Of a stretch of DNA of 64,000 bases, positions 24,493-37,312 are shown one piece after another. Source of the stretch: Octopus sinensis (taxonomy: Eukaryota); the NCBI RefSeq assembly GCF_006345805.1, contig NC_042999.1:135036001-135100000 (forward strand), given 5' to 3'. Each line of letters opens with the position of its first letter. The first letter of the stretch is position 1. The notes below the pieces were generated by a model, which worked only from the letters and a program-made list of their open reading frames with translations, was not told the origin of the DNA and did no database searches. The position numbers and the translations under genes are program-made.

Positions 24493-27400
24493 CACTTACA
24501 TAATCACGAACACACTCGTGTTTACGTTAGAGACTTACTTTTCACCAGGAATTAGTCCCTTCATATGACTGAGTATCGATACTTAGGCGTATTAATAGAT
24601 CCACTATTCTAGCCACTGTATAGATCTTGAGACATTTATAGAGAATGTGGGTGCAAGAGCTGATGATGATAATTTTTATATAATAATTCCCTTTTAATTT
24701 CTACCCCTACCACACTAAGTGATGCAATAAGTCAATGTATTTAGGCCTCAAATTCATCTTACAAACGTTTGTAATTACTGGTTTCGGTAGCACAGTCATT
24801 AAAACCGAGAAAAGTAATAATTTTCAATTATAACATAAACAAATTAAACAAAAGAGGTTTGAGTGAAGCATGTTACCGTATTATACAGTTGTTTTTACAT
24901 TAAAGGTTTTGTGTTACATCTGTAGTGTGAAAGGAAAATATTGCTGAGGTGAAAATAAGTGAAATCAACATAGATGATGTTGTGGAAAGAGATGAGACAA
25001 TTTAGTGTTTCATTTAACTAAAGTGTGTCTCATATGTTGAAAGTAGCTGATCAAGAAAAGTAGAAAGATTTTTGTTCTATTTGAATTCTGTTTGAAGGAA
25101 GAGTAAGCTACCTTGACTATGTTCTGTTAAGAAAAGAGCCTATATGTGGCTAAGAGATACTGTCTCTTATTAGCCCCATAAATTAGTGGAAAACAGCAAA
25201 CAGCCAAAACTTTTCTTGATTGTATGAGAGTTGCTTCTCAATTACTGGGAAAACGATAATTGATAACAATCAGAACAAATAAAAAGGTTAAAAGACAATG
25301 TTATGCTAAATCAGCAAAATGACCATCAGAAAATGTCCTGTATAAGTACATGATGGAATTGAAATTTACATGATGTGTTCATAAGTGATCTGCATAATGC
25401 ATGCATGAGATCTGTATGCCTTCATGCAAGTGTGTTGTAAAAAGTGAGTGAGTATGAATATTAGTGATTTTGTCTTGTCTATATACAAATGCGAGACTAC
25501 ATTCCCAGCTGGTACATGTTTTGTAATGAGCTGATTAGTAAAGTGACACAGTTTAAGAGTTCTCTATTTTAAACTGCAGCTGCAGAAAGGGGTGACTCAT
25601 TAATGGTGTTTAGCTTACTACTGTTGTCTTCTAGGGCTGATCTGGCTTACCTGGCAATTGCAGCTTCTCAGTTCGTACTTCATAGCTGGTGAGCACTTTC
25701 TGGTTGAAGCAAACCATTAACAGAAAAGCAAACAGTGTAACCACTGATATTATGTTGCATATTAGGCAAAATGGGATACCACATTTGGAAATCAGAGAAT
25801 CAGATCATTGAACCAGTAAGTAGGCAGCTTTAACTTTATAGCTGATTGGCAATCAGCATAATTCGAATCATGACGATGAGCACAATGAGTTAGAACAAAT
25901 TTTGAAGATTTCATAACTATTATGAGAAAAATGGTTGCTAGGGTCACCAGAAAATATAGATTTGAAAGTCAGTGATGATAAATTGTATGTAATAATTTTC
26001 CTTTATTTTCTACATACCACAAGAAGTATAAACCTTTAACTAATGCAATAAGTCAATATGTTTAAACATCACTTATTCACTTTGTAAATATAGATTTAAA
26101 TTGCTTGATTTATATTCACAGAGAAGAAAACTAACAATTTTTAATTACAATATTAATAGAAAAAAGAAACAAGGTTTGAGTAAAACATGTTGTTGAAGTA
26201 TATATTATACATATGTTTTTGAATTAAAGTTCTTTACTGTTATATGTGTAGTGTGGAAGAAAAATGTTACTGGGATAAAAATAAAATAAATCAATGCAGG
26301 TGAGCTGGTGGAAAGACTTATGAAAGTTTATTGTTTCATTTTGCTAAAAGGAGTCCCATGCTGAGACACATTTTAAATAGACAAACAAGAATAGAAAGAC
26401 TTTTCACTCTTTCAGAGTAAGCTGACAACTATTCAGGCTGCAGTCTGCCAAAGAAAGGTTTTGAGAGAGCTTTGAATTCCACATCAGCAAATGTCTGACT
26501 AAGGGTTACTACTGTCTGATTGGTACCCCAAAAAAAAAAAATGAAGAAGAAGAAAAAACACTAGATTGCAAAATGTCAAAATTGCATCTGTTTGCATGAG
26601 GTTTGCTTCACATTACTTTTAAGGTGTCAGAAAGTAGCTAGGTATGCTGGCAAATAAATGTGACTTGATATATCAGATTTACACAATCTCAACCATCATG
26701 CCTAAGGACTCACATTAGGTTAAATTTAGTTTTTTTTAGCTTCACTTATTTCTTTTGACAAAGATTTGGACTTCAAATAATGGCAGTATTTGTAGTTCTC
26801 AACCACGTTTTTAGTTTTTAATCATATCAGTATAAGCTGAAAGAACAATGATGATATTAACGATGTCAGTGACACCTGTATTTTAGTGAGTTTACTTCAT
26901 TCATCTCATTGTCCCTAGGAGCTGTCTTTGAGTCCAGTAACAAACCCCTTGCTTCTAAACTTTTGGGTAAGTCAAACTTTAATTAGCCTTCTTCAAACTC
27001 ATGGTGATTCATATCATCACAAATTTCAAGGAATTTTTAGTCTGGTAGATGTTGTGACTTCATTTAATATTTATTATTTGTTTTAGCTAGATGCCTGGCT
27101 TCAGCCAGTTTAAATATTCAAGTCACTGACTAATTGAAGCTACTTTATTTGACTTAGCCACTACTAACTGTACAGTCAGCTAAACATAACATAGTATGAA
27201 CAGTAAACCATAGGATGTCTGAGTGTTAATTGAGCAATGTAAATATTTGTGGAGAGCTGATAATTGCTGAGCTCACTAAATAATTTTAATATTATTAGCA
27301 TTTAAAGACACAAACTTAACCTTTGTCACAATGAGATGTTAGATCTGCCAGAAATGGCAACCCAAATGTCTCTCATATTATACCCTAACATCTTAATAAA

Positions 27401-28384
27401 TGAAGTATATATTGGACATTCTAGTTTTATACATATGTATATGAAAAAGATAGGCTGATCCTGAACAAAATGTCTCCCACCATAGGTCTGCTGGATCAAT
27501 GTAGCTCTCTGACTAAAACAACATCAAACCTAATATTTCTTTCAGATTTATTCTCCATGATTTTATTGCTTCCTACATGATTCTTTTCTTATGAACAGTC
27601 ATTTGTTTGAAACTATTTTTTTCTCCATCTTGGTATTCTTATCCACTCTAGCACTGAGGCACACTATGTGCCTTTACTCTTAGTGTTAACTGATTCTAAT
27701 TTTGGTCATTTCCCCCACTTTTTATCAAGCCAGATCTCCTCATTTAATTTGTTATAAATTCCTATCTTCATTGCATCAATATTACATTTATAACATTTGA
27801 TAATATTGTTGTGATGTCTGTCATTGCAATGTGACTGTTATGATGTGTGCAATTACAATGTGAGTGTTGATAATAGTTCTGTAATGTGACAGTTGATAAA
27901 AGTGCTAATGTTTGTCACTGCAATATGCCCTTGCATACTATGTTGGTTATCTTTTATGTTAGTTTAAAGATGAGGGGAATACCCATGAATTTGTTAATCT
28001 CCCTTTGTTTGTGAAATTGTGATAACAATAGGTCACTTCAGATTATGTAAACAGTTAAGAGAAAAATTGGTGTTTTTGAATGTTTAGGTAGCATTGAGTA
28101 TGGGGTCTTGTACGTGAGACACTGTAATGATTACGAAAGAATTAGCAATTTAAATATGTTGAGACTCTTGTTGCCTTAAGGGAAGATACAACTTAATAAT
28201 GGCCCAGTGATTGAAGGTTGCTTGTTAGTGTGTTTTTTTGTTTTTTTTTCAGGCAGTAGTTTTTCCTAGGAACAAGGAAATATAGCAAGAAAGTTACTCT
28301 AAGATGCCATTCATCATAGGGCATAGTAATGTTATTTTCTACATCTATTTCAGCCATACTTTGGTACACCTAATACTGCTTTCT

Positions 28385-29110
28385 TAGGAGCTCTTACCTC
28401 TGCTGGTGACTAAAGGCCTCTTGCTCAGAGTAAAAGGCAGACTGTATGATGCATGTGTACGAACAGCCATGCTACATGGCAGTGAAACATGGGTCGTGAC
28501 TGCTGAAGACATGCGTAAGCTCGCGAGGAATGAAGTCAGTGTACATACTCGACAGAGCGTTAGTACCTTGAAAGAAATGTTGTACCTAAGAAGCATCAGT
28601 TGTGGTGTGCAAGAAAGACGATTGCACTGGTATGGTCATGTGGCGAGAATGGATGAAGATAGGTGTGTGAAAAAGTGCCAATCCCTAGCAGTTGAGGGAA
28701 CCCGTGGAAGAGGTAGACCCAGGAAAACCTGGGACGAGGTGGTGAAGCACGACCTTCGAACTTTAGGCCTCACTGAGGAAATGACCAGCGACCGAGACCT
28801 TTGGAAATATGCTGTACGTGAGAAGACCAGGCAGGACAAGTGAGCCCAGCCCACTTATGCATGCCTTTCCTCCCTTGGACACAAAGACCTGTTGAGGCAC
28901 CAGCCTCGCCTGGCACCTGTGCGGGTGGCACGTAAAAAGCACCCACTACACTCACGGAGTGGTTGGCGTTAGGAAGGGCATCCAGCTGTAGAAACATTGC
29001 CAGATAAGACTGGAGCCTGGTGCAGCCTTCTGGCTTCCCAGATCCCCGGTCGAACCGTCCAACCCATGCTAGCATGGAGAACAGACGTTAAACGATGATG
29101 ATGATGATGA
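28385..29110 (+). mobile_element. 5'-truncated RTE-clade LINE (RT C-terminus, 3'UTR and (GAT)n tail)
   Basis: ORF 28406-28843 contains MLHGSETW, LHWYGHVARM and RGRGRPRKTW..V..DL, typical of RTE. Ends in gatgatgat. Confidence 0.9.
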
Positions 29111-29259
29111 TGGCTTTATTTAATGAAGTATTATGGTTTCAATCCAGTTAGCAGTACAATAATTAAGTCAGAGGATGCCTTGTTTTTAATAATTTGTGCC
29201 AATGCTTAAATAATGCTTGCATTGTACAGTTTCAAGTCCTTTCATTTCTATTTATTTAG

Positions 29260-29362
29260 ACGAAGAAAAAGAAAATGCCAGAAAAGTTAAAATTACCAAA
29301 GAGCTTTCTAAAACACTGAAAGCTTTACAAGCCTCACAAATGTTTGATGAACCAGTACAAAG
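29260..29362 (+). CDS. PLEKHM1: PLEKHM1-like exon (DEEKENARKVKITKELSKTLKALQASQMFDEPVQ), start of the RUN region
   Basis: tttatttag acceptor, GTCAGT donor, phase 1 to 2. Resembles human IKKKLVGSVKALQ. Confidence 0.85.
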
Positions 29363-29701
29363 GTCAGTAAATAATTCAATTTTTTCACAAAGCCTCCATT
29401 CTGTTTATGTTAACCCTTTGTCTACCAGAGAAAATGTATGTCACTAATTACCAACTGGGTCCAATGGACCCAATATTTTTCTTTTAATTAAATTTTATTC
29501 AAACTACCACTGTTTCTTAGCTACATTATATATGCTATCAGGTGAATAAAGAATTACTGTTTCTCACAAATTTTAATTTTAAAAAATAAGCTTACAGAAT
29601 ATATTATAAATTTAAAAATTACAAAAATACAGAATTACAACTCTTCATGGCAGTGAATGTAGACAACATTGGAATGTTCTTGGCTAATGTGAATATTACA
29701 C

Positions 29702-29982
29702 AGTTATATATTTAAGAGATGAGGAATTATGTACATTATTTAGATTTGATGGATATTTGTCCTCATCATGTTTGTTGTTAACACAACATTTCGGCTGATA
29801 TACCCTCCAGCTTTCATCAGGTGTAGTGGCATAGTGGTTAAGAGCGCAGGCTACTAACCCCAAAATTCTGAGTTCGATTCCAGGCAGTGATCTGAATAAT
29901 AATAATAATAACATTGAAAAATACCTTAGGAAAGAGAACCCAGGTTCGAAATTTCCCCAAGACACCTGATGAAGGCTGGAGG
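29702..29982. mobile_element. Second head-to-head copy of the tRNA/hammerhead element
   Basis: A minus-strand 3' part (29702-29824) is fused to a plus-strand tRNA head and body (29825-29982). It aligns with the 15.6-16.2 kb arms. Confidence 0.85.
29781..29824 (-). ncRNA. Near-intact minimal type-I hammerhead ribozyme motif
   Basis: ACAC-CTGATGA-A-AGCTG-GAGGGTATAT-CAGCC-GAAA-TGTT-GTGT. Stem I is ACAC/GTGT, stem II is (G>A)GCTG/CAGCC, predicted cleavage after GUU. It has two substitutions against the consensus built from the other copies in this window. Confidence 0.7.
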
Positions 29983-31158
29983 TTTATGGCATTTGATAAT
30001 ATTTTTGTGATGTCTGTCATTGCAATATTACTGTTTTGATGTGTGATAACTATTGAGAGCTGCCAAATGTACTGAAAACAAATTATGGCAAATTTAGTAA
30101 AAAAAATTTTATGTCAAGGTAAATGTCCACCAGGGTTCTATTCTTAGCCCTTTTCTATTTAGTCTTTGAGGCAAGCACAAAAATTCAGGATTGGATATCC
30201 TTGGTAATCTGGAATTATTTTCTGTAATTATTATATATCGTTTAACTATAACCTATGCATTTAACTGAATGGCTTCACCACAAAACAACATTGAGTACAA
30301 AGTATTGTCTTCTCTATTATTGATTTTAAAAGTGATGGAGATGATTAAGTCAGTAGAATTTTGCACAACTTGCTTTATCATTTCAAGTTTGATGTAGTTT
30401 TGCAGCCGTGTTAGAAATCATTATTTCAAGTTTGTTACCTTATCATTTCTGAATTCAAATCCACCCAGAGTTAATTTGCTGTCATTCTTCAGGAGTCAAT
30501 AAAAGAAGTACCACTGTAATACAATCATCTATTTCAAGTCAACTTAAAAGAAAATATTCTATAATACTAATATTGAATTATCTTCAACATGATGGTTTCA
30601 GTAGTTCTCTGTACACTGACTTTGTTGTTTTTCATTTTTATATACATTGAGCAAGGTTAGTTCTACTACATTTTGCTAAGTCATGCCTTTATCAGCAAAT
30701 GTTTTCCTCTCTTTGTTTGCTCTGAGACATACTTCCTTCCATTGGCAGGAGAGCATTCTGTCTCATAATTTCATCTTATTTATTTATTTCATTTTTCAAT
30801 ACTCACAGTTTGGTAAGTACTGTTGATAATAGACTAACAATGGAAACAGTCATAAGAGAACAATTTAACCATTTTTTCCAACTGATGTCAACATAGTCAT
30901 CATTATTACTTTTACATCACTTTTCCTTCTTTGTATGGGTCAGATGGAATTTGTTGAGGAGATTTTTCTACAGCTGATTGCCCCTCCTATTACCAACCCT
31001 CGCCTGTTTCCAAGTACGATAATATTCCCCATGTCCAGACATGTTTTTACAAAAGATTAGCAACGAAGGACATTGTTTGCATAAGTCACATTCATTTTCA
31101 ACTATCACATGAAGTCAGGGCAAAGAGATAGTGAGACACGCACACACATGCATATACA

Positions 31159-31371
31159 CAAGGGGGTGCTGAAAAAGTTCCTGGCTTTAAGGGTATCAGG
31201 AAAGGCTTAAATGGAGGCCCAAACTTCTTAGTTCTTTTACAGGGCTTAGAAAAACTGAAGGACGACTGCAATAAGTGTGTGAATCTGAGAGGGAAATATG
31301 TTGAATAAAATTGTAATTAACTGATCTTGTATTTTCTTTTACCCAAAGTCAGGAACTTTTTAGCATCCCCT

Positions 31372-31373
<2 letters not shown>
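31159..31373 (+). mobile_element. Mariner-derived MITE
   Basis: TIRs aagggggtgctgaaaaagttcctggctt / aagtcaggaactttttagcatcccctt. The interior encodes the mariner C-terminal remnant GLEKLKDDCNKCVNLRGKYVE*. Confidence 0.75.
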
Positions 31374-31419
<46 letters not shown>

Positions 31420-32327
31420 TGGCATGTAAATGAACCCATTACATTCTGAGTGGTTGAGAGCATTAGGAAGGGCATCCAGCTGTAGAAAATCATTCCAAAT
31501 CAGACTGGAGTCTGGTGTAGCCTCTTAGCATGCCAGCCTGATCAAACTGTCCAACTCATGCCAGCATAGACAACGGACGTTAAATGATGATAGGCTTCCT
31601 TCAGTTTCCATCTTCCAAATCCACTCACAAGGCTTTGGTCAACCTGGGTCTATAGTTGAAGACAGTTGTCCAAGATGCCATGCAGTGTACATTTTGTAAG
31701 TTGTTTATTGTACTCTTCCAGTAAACAGTGTTATTGTTTGAAATCAATATTTTTAAATAACTGTATGTAGTTAAAGAAGCTACATTTATTAAGGTCGATT
31801 GTGGCACTGAAATGTTAAAATGTGTTCCCATGGAGTCATATTTGAAACTTGTTTTAGATTTCCTGAGTTTGTTTTATATGTACTTAAAAATCCAGTATGT
31901 CAAAGTTTATCTGTTTAAAAACAAAAACAAAAAAAAAACATAATCTTTGGAATTAAGCTTAAAAGTTGTATCCTAAGTTCTTGGTAGCACATCATATATA
32001 AAAATAAATTAAGTATACTGGAGGGTATTTATGGTTGAAAATATATGTATTGTATTGTGTTCTCTGATAAAGATTAGTGAATCTGAATCTGTAGTCATTT
32101 TGAAATTCCTCACATGTCTCCAAGAGTTTGGGGTATATTTCCAACTTTCAATTCATAGCAAACTCATGTATGTTTTAAACAATTAAACAAATATATGTTG
32201 AATGTTTTAGCCACTGTTCAATTTGTGTGAATCTGTAATTTCTATAGTTTGTATATCACACCCAGTTTGTATATGAATGACTCTTCTACAAATTTTTCCT
32301 TTTCATATTTTGTTTCTTGTTTTGAAG

Positions 32328-32406
32328 TAATGAACTATCCAACCGACTTTGTGACATTCTTGAAGCTATATTCCTTCATGGACTTAAGGAACCAGTTACG
32401 CATAAG
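32328..32406 (+). CDS. PLEKHM1: PLEKHM1-like exon (SNELSNRLCDILEAIFLHGLKEPVTHK), RUN domain
   Basis: Matches the RUN motif LC..LEA.F.HGL (human MCSALEAVFIHGL). 79 nt, phase 2 to 0. Confidence 0.93.
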
Positions 32407-32424
32407 GTAAAATAACCTTCATTT

Positions 32425-32985
32425 ATTATTATTATTATAATTATTGAGTGAGAGAGCAGTGCATGTCATCAAAGTAACATTGGAGTACAACTATACAAAG
32501 TCCAATATACCCATCAGATAAAGGTACAGGCACATACATCACAACCACATGCGTACGGCATCGTGGTCTCATATCAAGGTAAACAATACATGACCTTGAA
32601 AGTGGGGCCCAGTTAAAATTTTCTTCAGGTTGAGTAGCCCATCCCACTCAAAAGGTCCCTGAGTAAGGTTTGTTTAAGGATGATGAACAAAACACCCATG
32701 TTTCCAGAGGTGAATTATTCAAACCCCAAAGAATTCCTCTCGACCTCTCAACACACGGCTATGATGCTCTCCCACTACTTCTGCTTGTGATTAGAGATGC
32801 ACATATCGTCAGCCACTAAGAGACCTGCTCAACTGGTTATGGTCAAGCAACTGACAAGCAAATCTGTGGTATTGAGCAGAATATTAGCCCATCTTTTATA
32901 CCAAGACAAAACATGTACGTGATAGCACTTCCAATCACTTAAGATCAAAAGCCATGAAAGCCACTGCCTGATACTGCATTTTATC
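32425..32985 (-). mobile_element. (TAA)n-tailed interspersed repeat; opposite-orientation copy at about 61270-61720
   Basis: The two copies align as reverse complements (for example ccacagatttgcttgtc, gaagaaaattctaactgg, ctctcactcaataataat). Confidence 0.7.
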
Positions 32986-33429
32986 ATTATTATTTAGAGC
33001 AGCAATCTGGCAGAACCATTACCATGCTGGACGAAATGCTTAGCGGTATTTCACCCATCACTATGTTCTGAGTTCAGATTCCACTGAGATTGACTTTCCC
33101 TTTCATCCTTTCGGGGTTGATAAAATAAGTGTCAGTTGAATACTGGGATTGATGTAATTGACTTATCCTCTCCCCCAAAAAGCTGCCCTTGTGGAAAAAT
33201 TTGAAGGCATTCATCATCATCATCATCATCATCTGTGAGTCTCAAAGTTCAAAGATCATGCTTCACCACCTCGTCCCCTGTCTTCCTTGCTGGCATGGGT
33301 TGGACGGTTTGACTGGGCTGGCACACTGGAAGGCTGCACCAACTCAAATCTGATTTGGCATGATTTTCTACAGCTGGATGCCCTTCCTAATGCCAACCAC
33401 TCTGAGAGTAATGGGTTGTGGAAATTGAT

Positions 33430-35520
33430 GGAATTGACGTTTTGAAATGTTAGTCTTATACAACACCAATTTCGAAATGAAAGTAGTGATAAATGATTTA
33501 CAATCAACAGGAGTTTAATTTAATTTTGTGAATATATCACAAAGAAAAAAGATATCGCACCTTGCAGCCATCAATGAAGCAGATAGTGGAGTATCTTCAA
33601 AGAAAGATATGATTATATGAAACAGTTCAACAAAGCGTAAAACACAGTTTCCTTTTAACAGCCACCGCACTTCGGTAGGGTATAAGAGTTTAGTATGGCC
33701 CTCATCATTTCTCAGAGTTGACAAAAATTCAATCAGACAAGGGACTGGACTTCAATTTGTTCACAGTCTTGATAACTAACTGTAGCACATCATTCAACCT
33801 ACCATTCATATTTTTTGCCACTAAATGCCACCGGTGTGCCAAGCAAGGAACAGTTAGTATCTGGTGGGAAATTTCATGCTTTAGGAGAGATGAAAAACCT
33901 CTGTATCTTTCTATCATTGAAGGTGCTCCATGAAACACACAAGCAATAATATTACTGAGTGGGATATTGTGTTCAAAAAGGAAAGAAAAGACTTGAGAGT
34001 GTGAAAAATAGTTGCACCTCTTGAATCAAGTGGCGATTTCTCTGTGAAGAGCATTTCCTCACAAGGTTGAAGCTCTTTGCTGAAATACCAAACATATACC
34101 ATCATCAAACATTATCCACAACAGTTGACTCATCCACTTGTATAGAAAATTCAGAACACTGGAGAATATTAATGAGCTGATGCTTGACATCATTGGCCAT
34201 TCCATCAATGCTTTGAGAAATTGTGTTATTACTAAGTGAGGTCTTCTTCAAAATGTTATTGAGTTTTTCGTGCATAACGGTTGACAAAACCTCTTTGATA
34301 ACTGGGTGAAGTAATGTTTCTCCAATTGTTTGAAACTTCCCAGACTTAGCAACAAGCAATGCAATGTTGTACGATGCAGTCAACCTGTCTTTCGCCTGTT
34401 TACTACTTTCCTGGAGTAACGTGTTGAATATTTGTATTTAGTTTTTGAAAGAGGAGCTTAGTTGCAAAAAGTATGATAATGGCTTGCCCTTCTTTTCAGA
34501 ATGCTTTGCATTGAAGTGATACTTCAAGTGTGAAGGTTTCATTGCTTCATTGGTCAATGTTTGATGGCAAAGAAGGCACATTGGTAACTCACTGTTCTGA
34601 GGAGAGGGGATAAATCCAAACGATAAATAATCACTGTTGTACTGTCGACAAATTTTTTTGACTGGAGGCATCAGTAAAGTGAAAATATGAAAACGAATTT
34701 CTACAGATGGCATCAGAAAGACAGTATGGTATTCCCAAAGAGAAGACGAAGTCAATGGAGCAGAGTCGGATGACACATCTTTACTGGAGTAAATACAGAT
34801 CTAGTTCGTTTGGCTGCCAGCATTTCAAAAATTAAAGTTTATCGAAAATTTTAAAATTTGGCACATTAATGCATCTTTTCAAGCCAAATTGCTGGATTTA
34901 TTCAACTTTTCCCAGAAAAATGTTTTAAAAAAGTTATAGAGATTTAAAGTTTGATCATTTTCACCCAGTCAAGAAACACAGTTTAAAAACTGTCATTTTG
35001 TGTGTGACTGCACATTTTGTCAACATCCAGAAAATAGCACTTGTGTTTTGATATGAAACCACAGAATTACGCACGACATATAACCCTTCATAACTTTTTT
35101 TATTTTTTGGAGGTTGCAGGAAATTTTTATGAATTTAAATTCTACACACAGGACTTTATATAATTATGCCAAAAAAATTTTTTAATTTGTAGTGGCGTGT
35201 GATTTAAGGCTTAGGCCTATTTGGCTGCTATTTTTAGCATGCATGACAACCATCTCAATGACTACAACAAAAATATTTAATCGATAAACAAGTCCGTGTT
35301 TTTGATACAAAGGGACATCTCAAGCGAGTAGTCAAATCGATAAAAGTGCATCTTTATAGACATACCTAAATATCAGTAAATGCAGACTTAATTTCAAAAA
35401 ATTCATTGTCACCTACAAAATGTTCACATCGCCTACCAAAATCTCAAATCGTCCACCATTTTCTAGAAATTTGCCCATTGCCCTCATGTAAGTTGAAATC
35501 GCCCACTTTGGGAAGCTATG
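33430..35520 (-). mobile_element. Decayed Buster-subfamily hAT transposon, 3'-truncated
   Basis: ATG at 34671 starts the BED finger (RQYNSDYLSFGF, PMCLLC, EAMKPSHLKYHFNAKH). Later fragments: SLSNNTI, FSIQVDES, GAPSM, CLAHR, TEVRWL. The 5' end CATAGCTTCCCAAAGTGGGCG at 35520 is flanked by ATCTATAA (NNNTANNN pattern). Confidence 0.85.
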
Positions 35521-37267
35521 ATCTATAATGTAAAGATTGTTTATATTATGTAAACGATCTTTACATTATGGATGGTCAGTTCTCTAAACTTAAATCCAGC
35601 AACTTAATTGATGACATACAAATATATCTATTGAAGAGGTTGCAAGAAGGAGCAAATTTTAGGGGAAAAAAATATTAAATAAATAAGTAAATGAGTGGAA
35701 ATTGAATTGGTGAATGTGTTAATTGACCTTTTTGTTACCAACCCAGCTGAAACCAACTCTGGCTCTGTAGTACAAATGTCTTGTTTTCATAAATTTTGAA
35801 TTAAAATCTTCCACCAAACCTTAGTCACAATTAATGTTTCTAACACTAGCTTAATGATAACTAAATTATTTTACTAAATTCTTTGTTATATCTAAAATGA
35901 TTGAAACACAGAGCATCTCAAAATAAATACAGCAACGAAACGGTAAATTAGGCATTAAAACAGAATGACTCTCTCCAGACATAACAAAATATATTTATGT
36001 TTTATATTTATTCTTTACTGACCATAGCAATCTGATTTTATCAATTATCAGTTTTCCTTACATTGTATATATATAAAGGACAATTTTTGTATGTATACAC
36101 AGAGCTGAAGCATGGTGTAACCATGATATTCAGGTGATCTGAAGAGCTAGCCTTCTGTATCAGCATTGATTTGTAATATGGATTTGCTATGTGTAGCATG
36201 CATATTGGCACACATATGTAAAATAATTTATTATGCACTGAAATTATTATTACATGATGACAGCTGCGAAATGGCTATAATCCTATGGATATCAAGTAGT
36301 TAAATAAATATATTCACCTCTCATACCTCCTGACATTTTGTATGTTCTATATACTCCTCATGAAATAATTTCATCAATTGGATCTCCTGGATTTCACCTG
36401 TTTAGTACTCTAAACTACACTCTTCCATATTGGATTACTTTGTGGCATGATAGCTGGGCCCACTAGAGGAGCTTTCTGTGATTACCACAGGATTCTATGG
36501 ATCCATATGTTGCACTACTAATATGTATATATTTGTATGTATGTAGTTTTTGGTGTTTAGCACCAGGTTAGTGCTGAGACAACAAACCTGTAATCAAAGA
36601 TGATTAATCCATTACTACTCCTCTGTTACTTGCACAATGTATTGATTTTATAATCTGATGCCCCTATTTTAAGATTATAGCATGTATTTGAGAATAATTA
36701 ATCTGTTATTTGTAATTAGGAGCCCCTTTCACCAAGTGGCATTTTACAAATGTCCTCCTTATATTTTGAAAACAAGAAGAAAAAAAAAACAAAGCTAATT
36801 TTTTGCAGTGGTTTGTTATTCATATTTCTTTATACTTTTCATCCTTATTCATCATTTTACATTTTTGTGTAGGTTAGTGCCCCTTTATTAGATTTTTATA
36901 GAAATTATTAAGGTGAGAGCTTATAAAATGAAATTATATTAGGTCTTGGCACATCATTTGTCATGATTTCAGATCACTAATAACAATGTGTTGCTCATAT
37001 TTTAATACCAACAAAATGTTTTTGAAAACGGGCATAAAATATAAGTATTGCATCAAGATTGAATATTTCATTTTTAAGAAATGTTTCAACCCTTCTAAAC
37101 ATCCAGTTCCCTCTTGACATTTGTCATGCTCTTACGAGTTTATAACACTAAAAATGGGGTGATACCACCCAGGTTAAGAGCTACTAATGCAGAGGATCTC
37201 TTTTTGTTCAAATTACAGAAATTGTAAAAATGTGTCCTTATTTAAGTATTTCTTAATATATTTCCAG

Positions 37268-37312
37268 CTAAAGATGTTTATGCAACCAACATCAGGACAA
37301 GTTACAACCCTT
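37268..37312 (+). CDS. PLEKHM1: PLEKHM1-like 45-nt exon (LKMFMQPTSGQVTTL)
   Basis: tttccag acceptor, GTAAGT donor, phase 0 to 0. It fills the gap expected between the HGL and FW motifs of the RUN domain. Confidence 0.75.

Noticed and set aside
24655-24730. Duplicated box C/D snoRNAs (TGATGA at both duplication starts)
   Set aside because: No box D (CTGA) at a suitable distance and no terminal stem.
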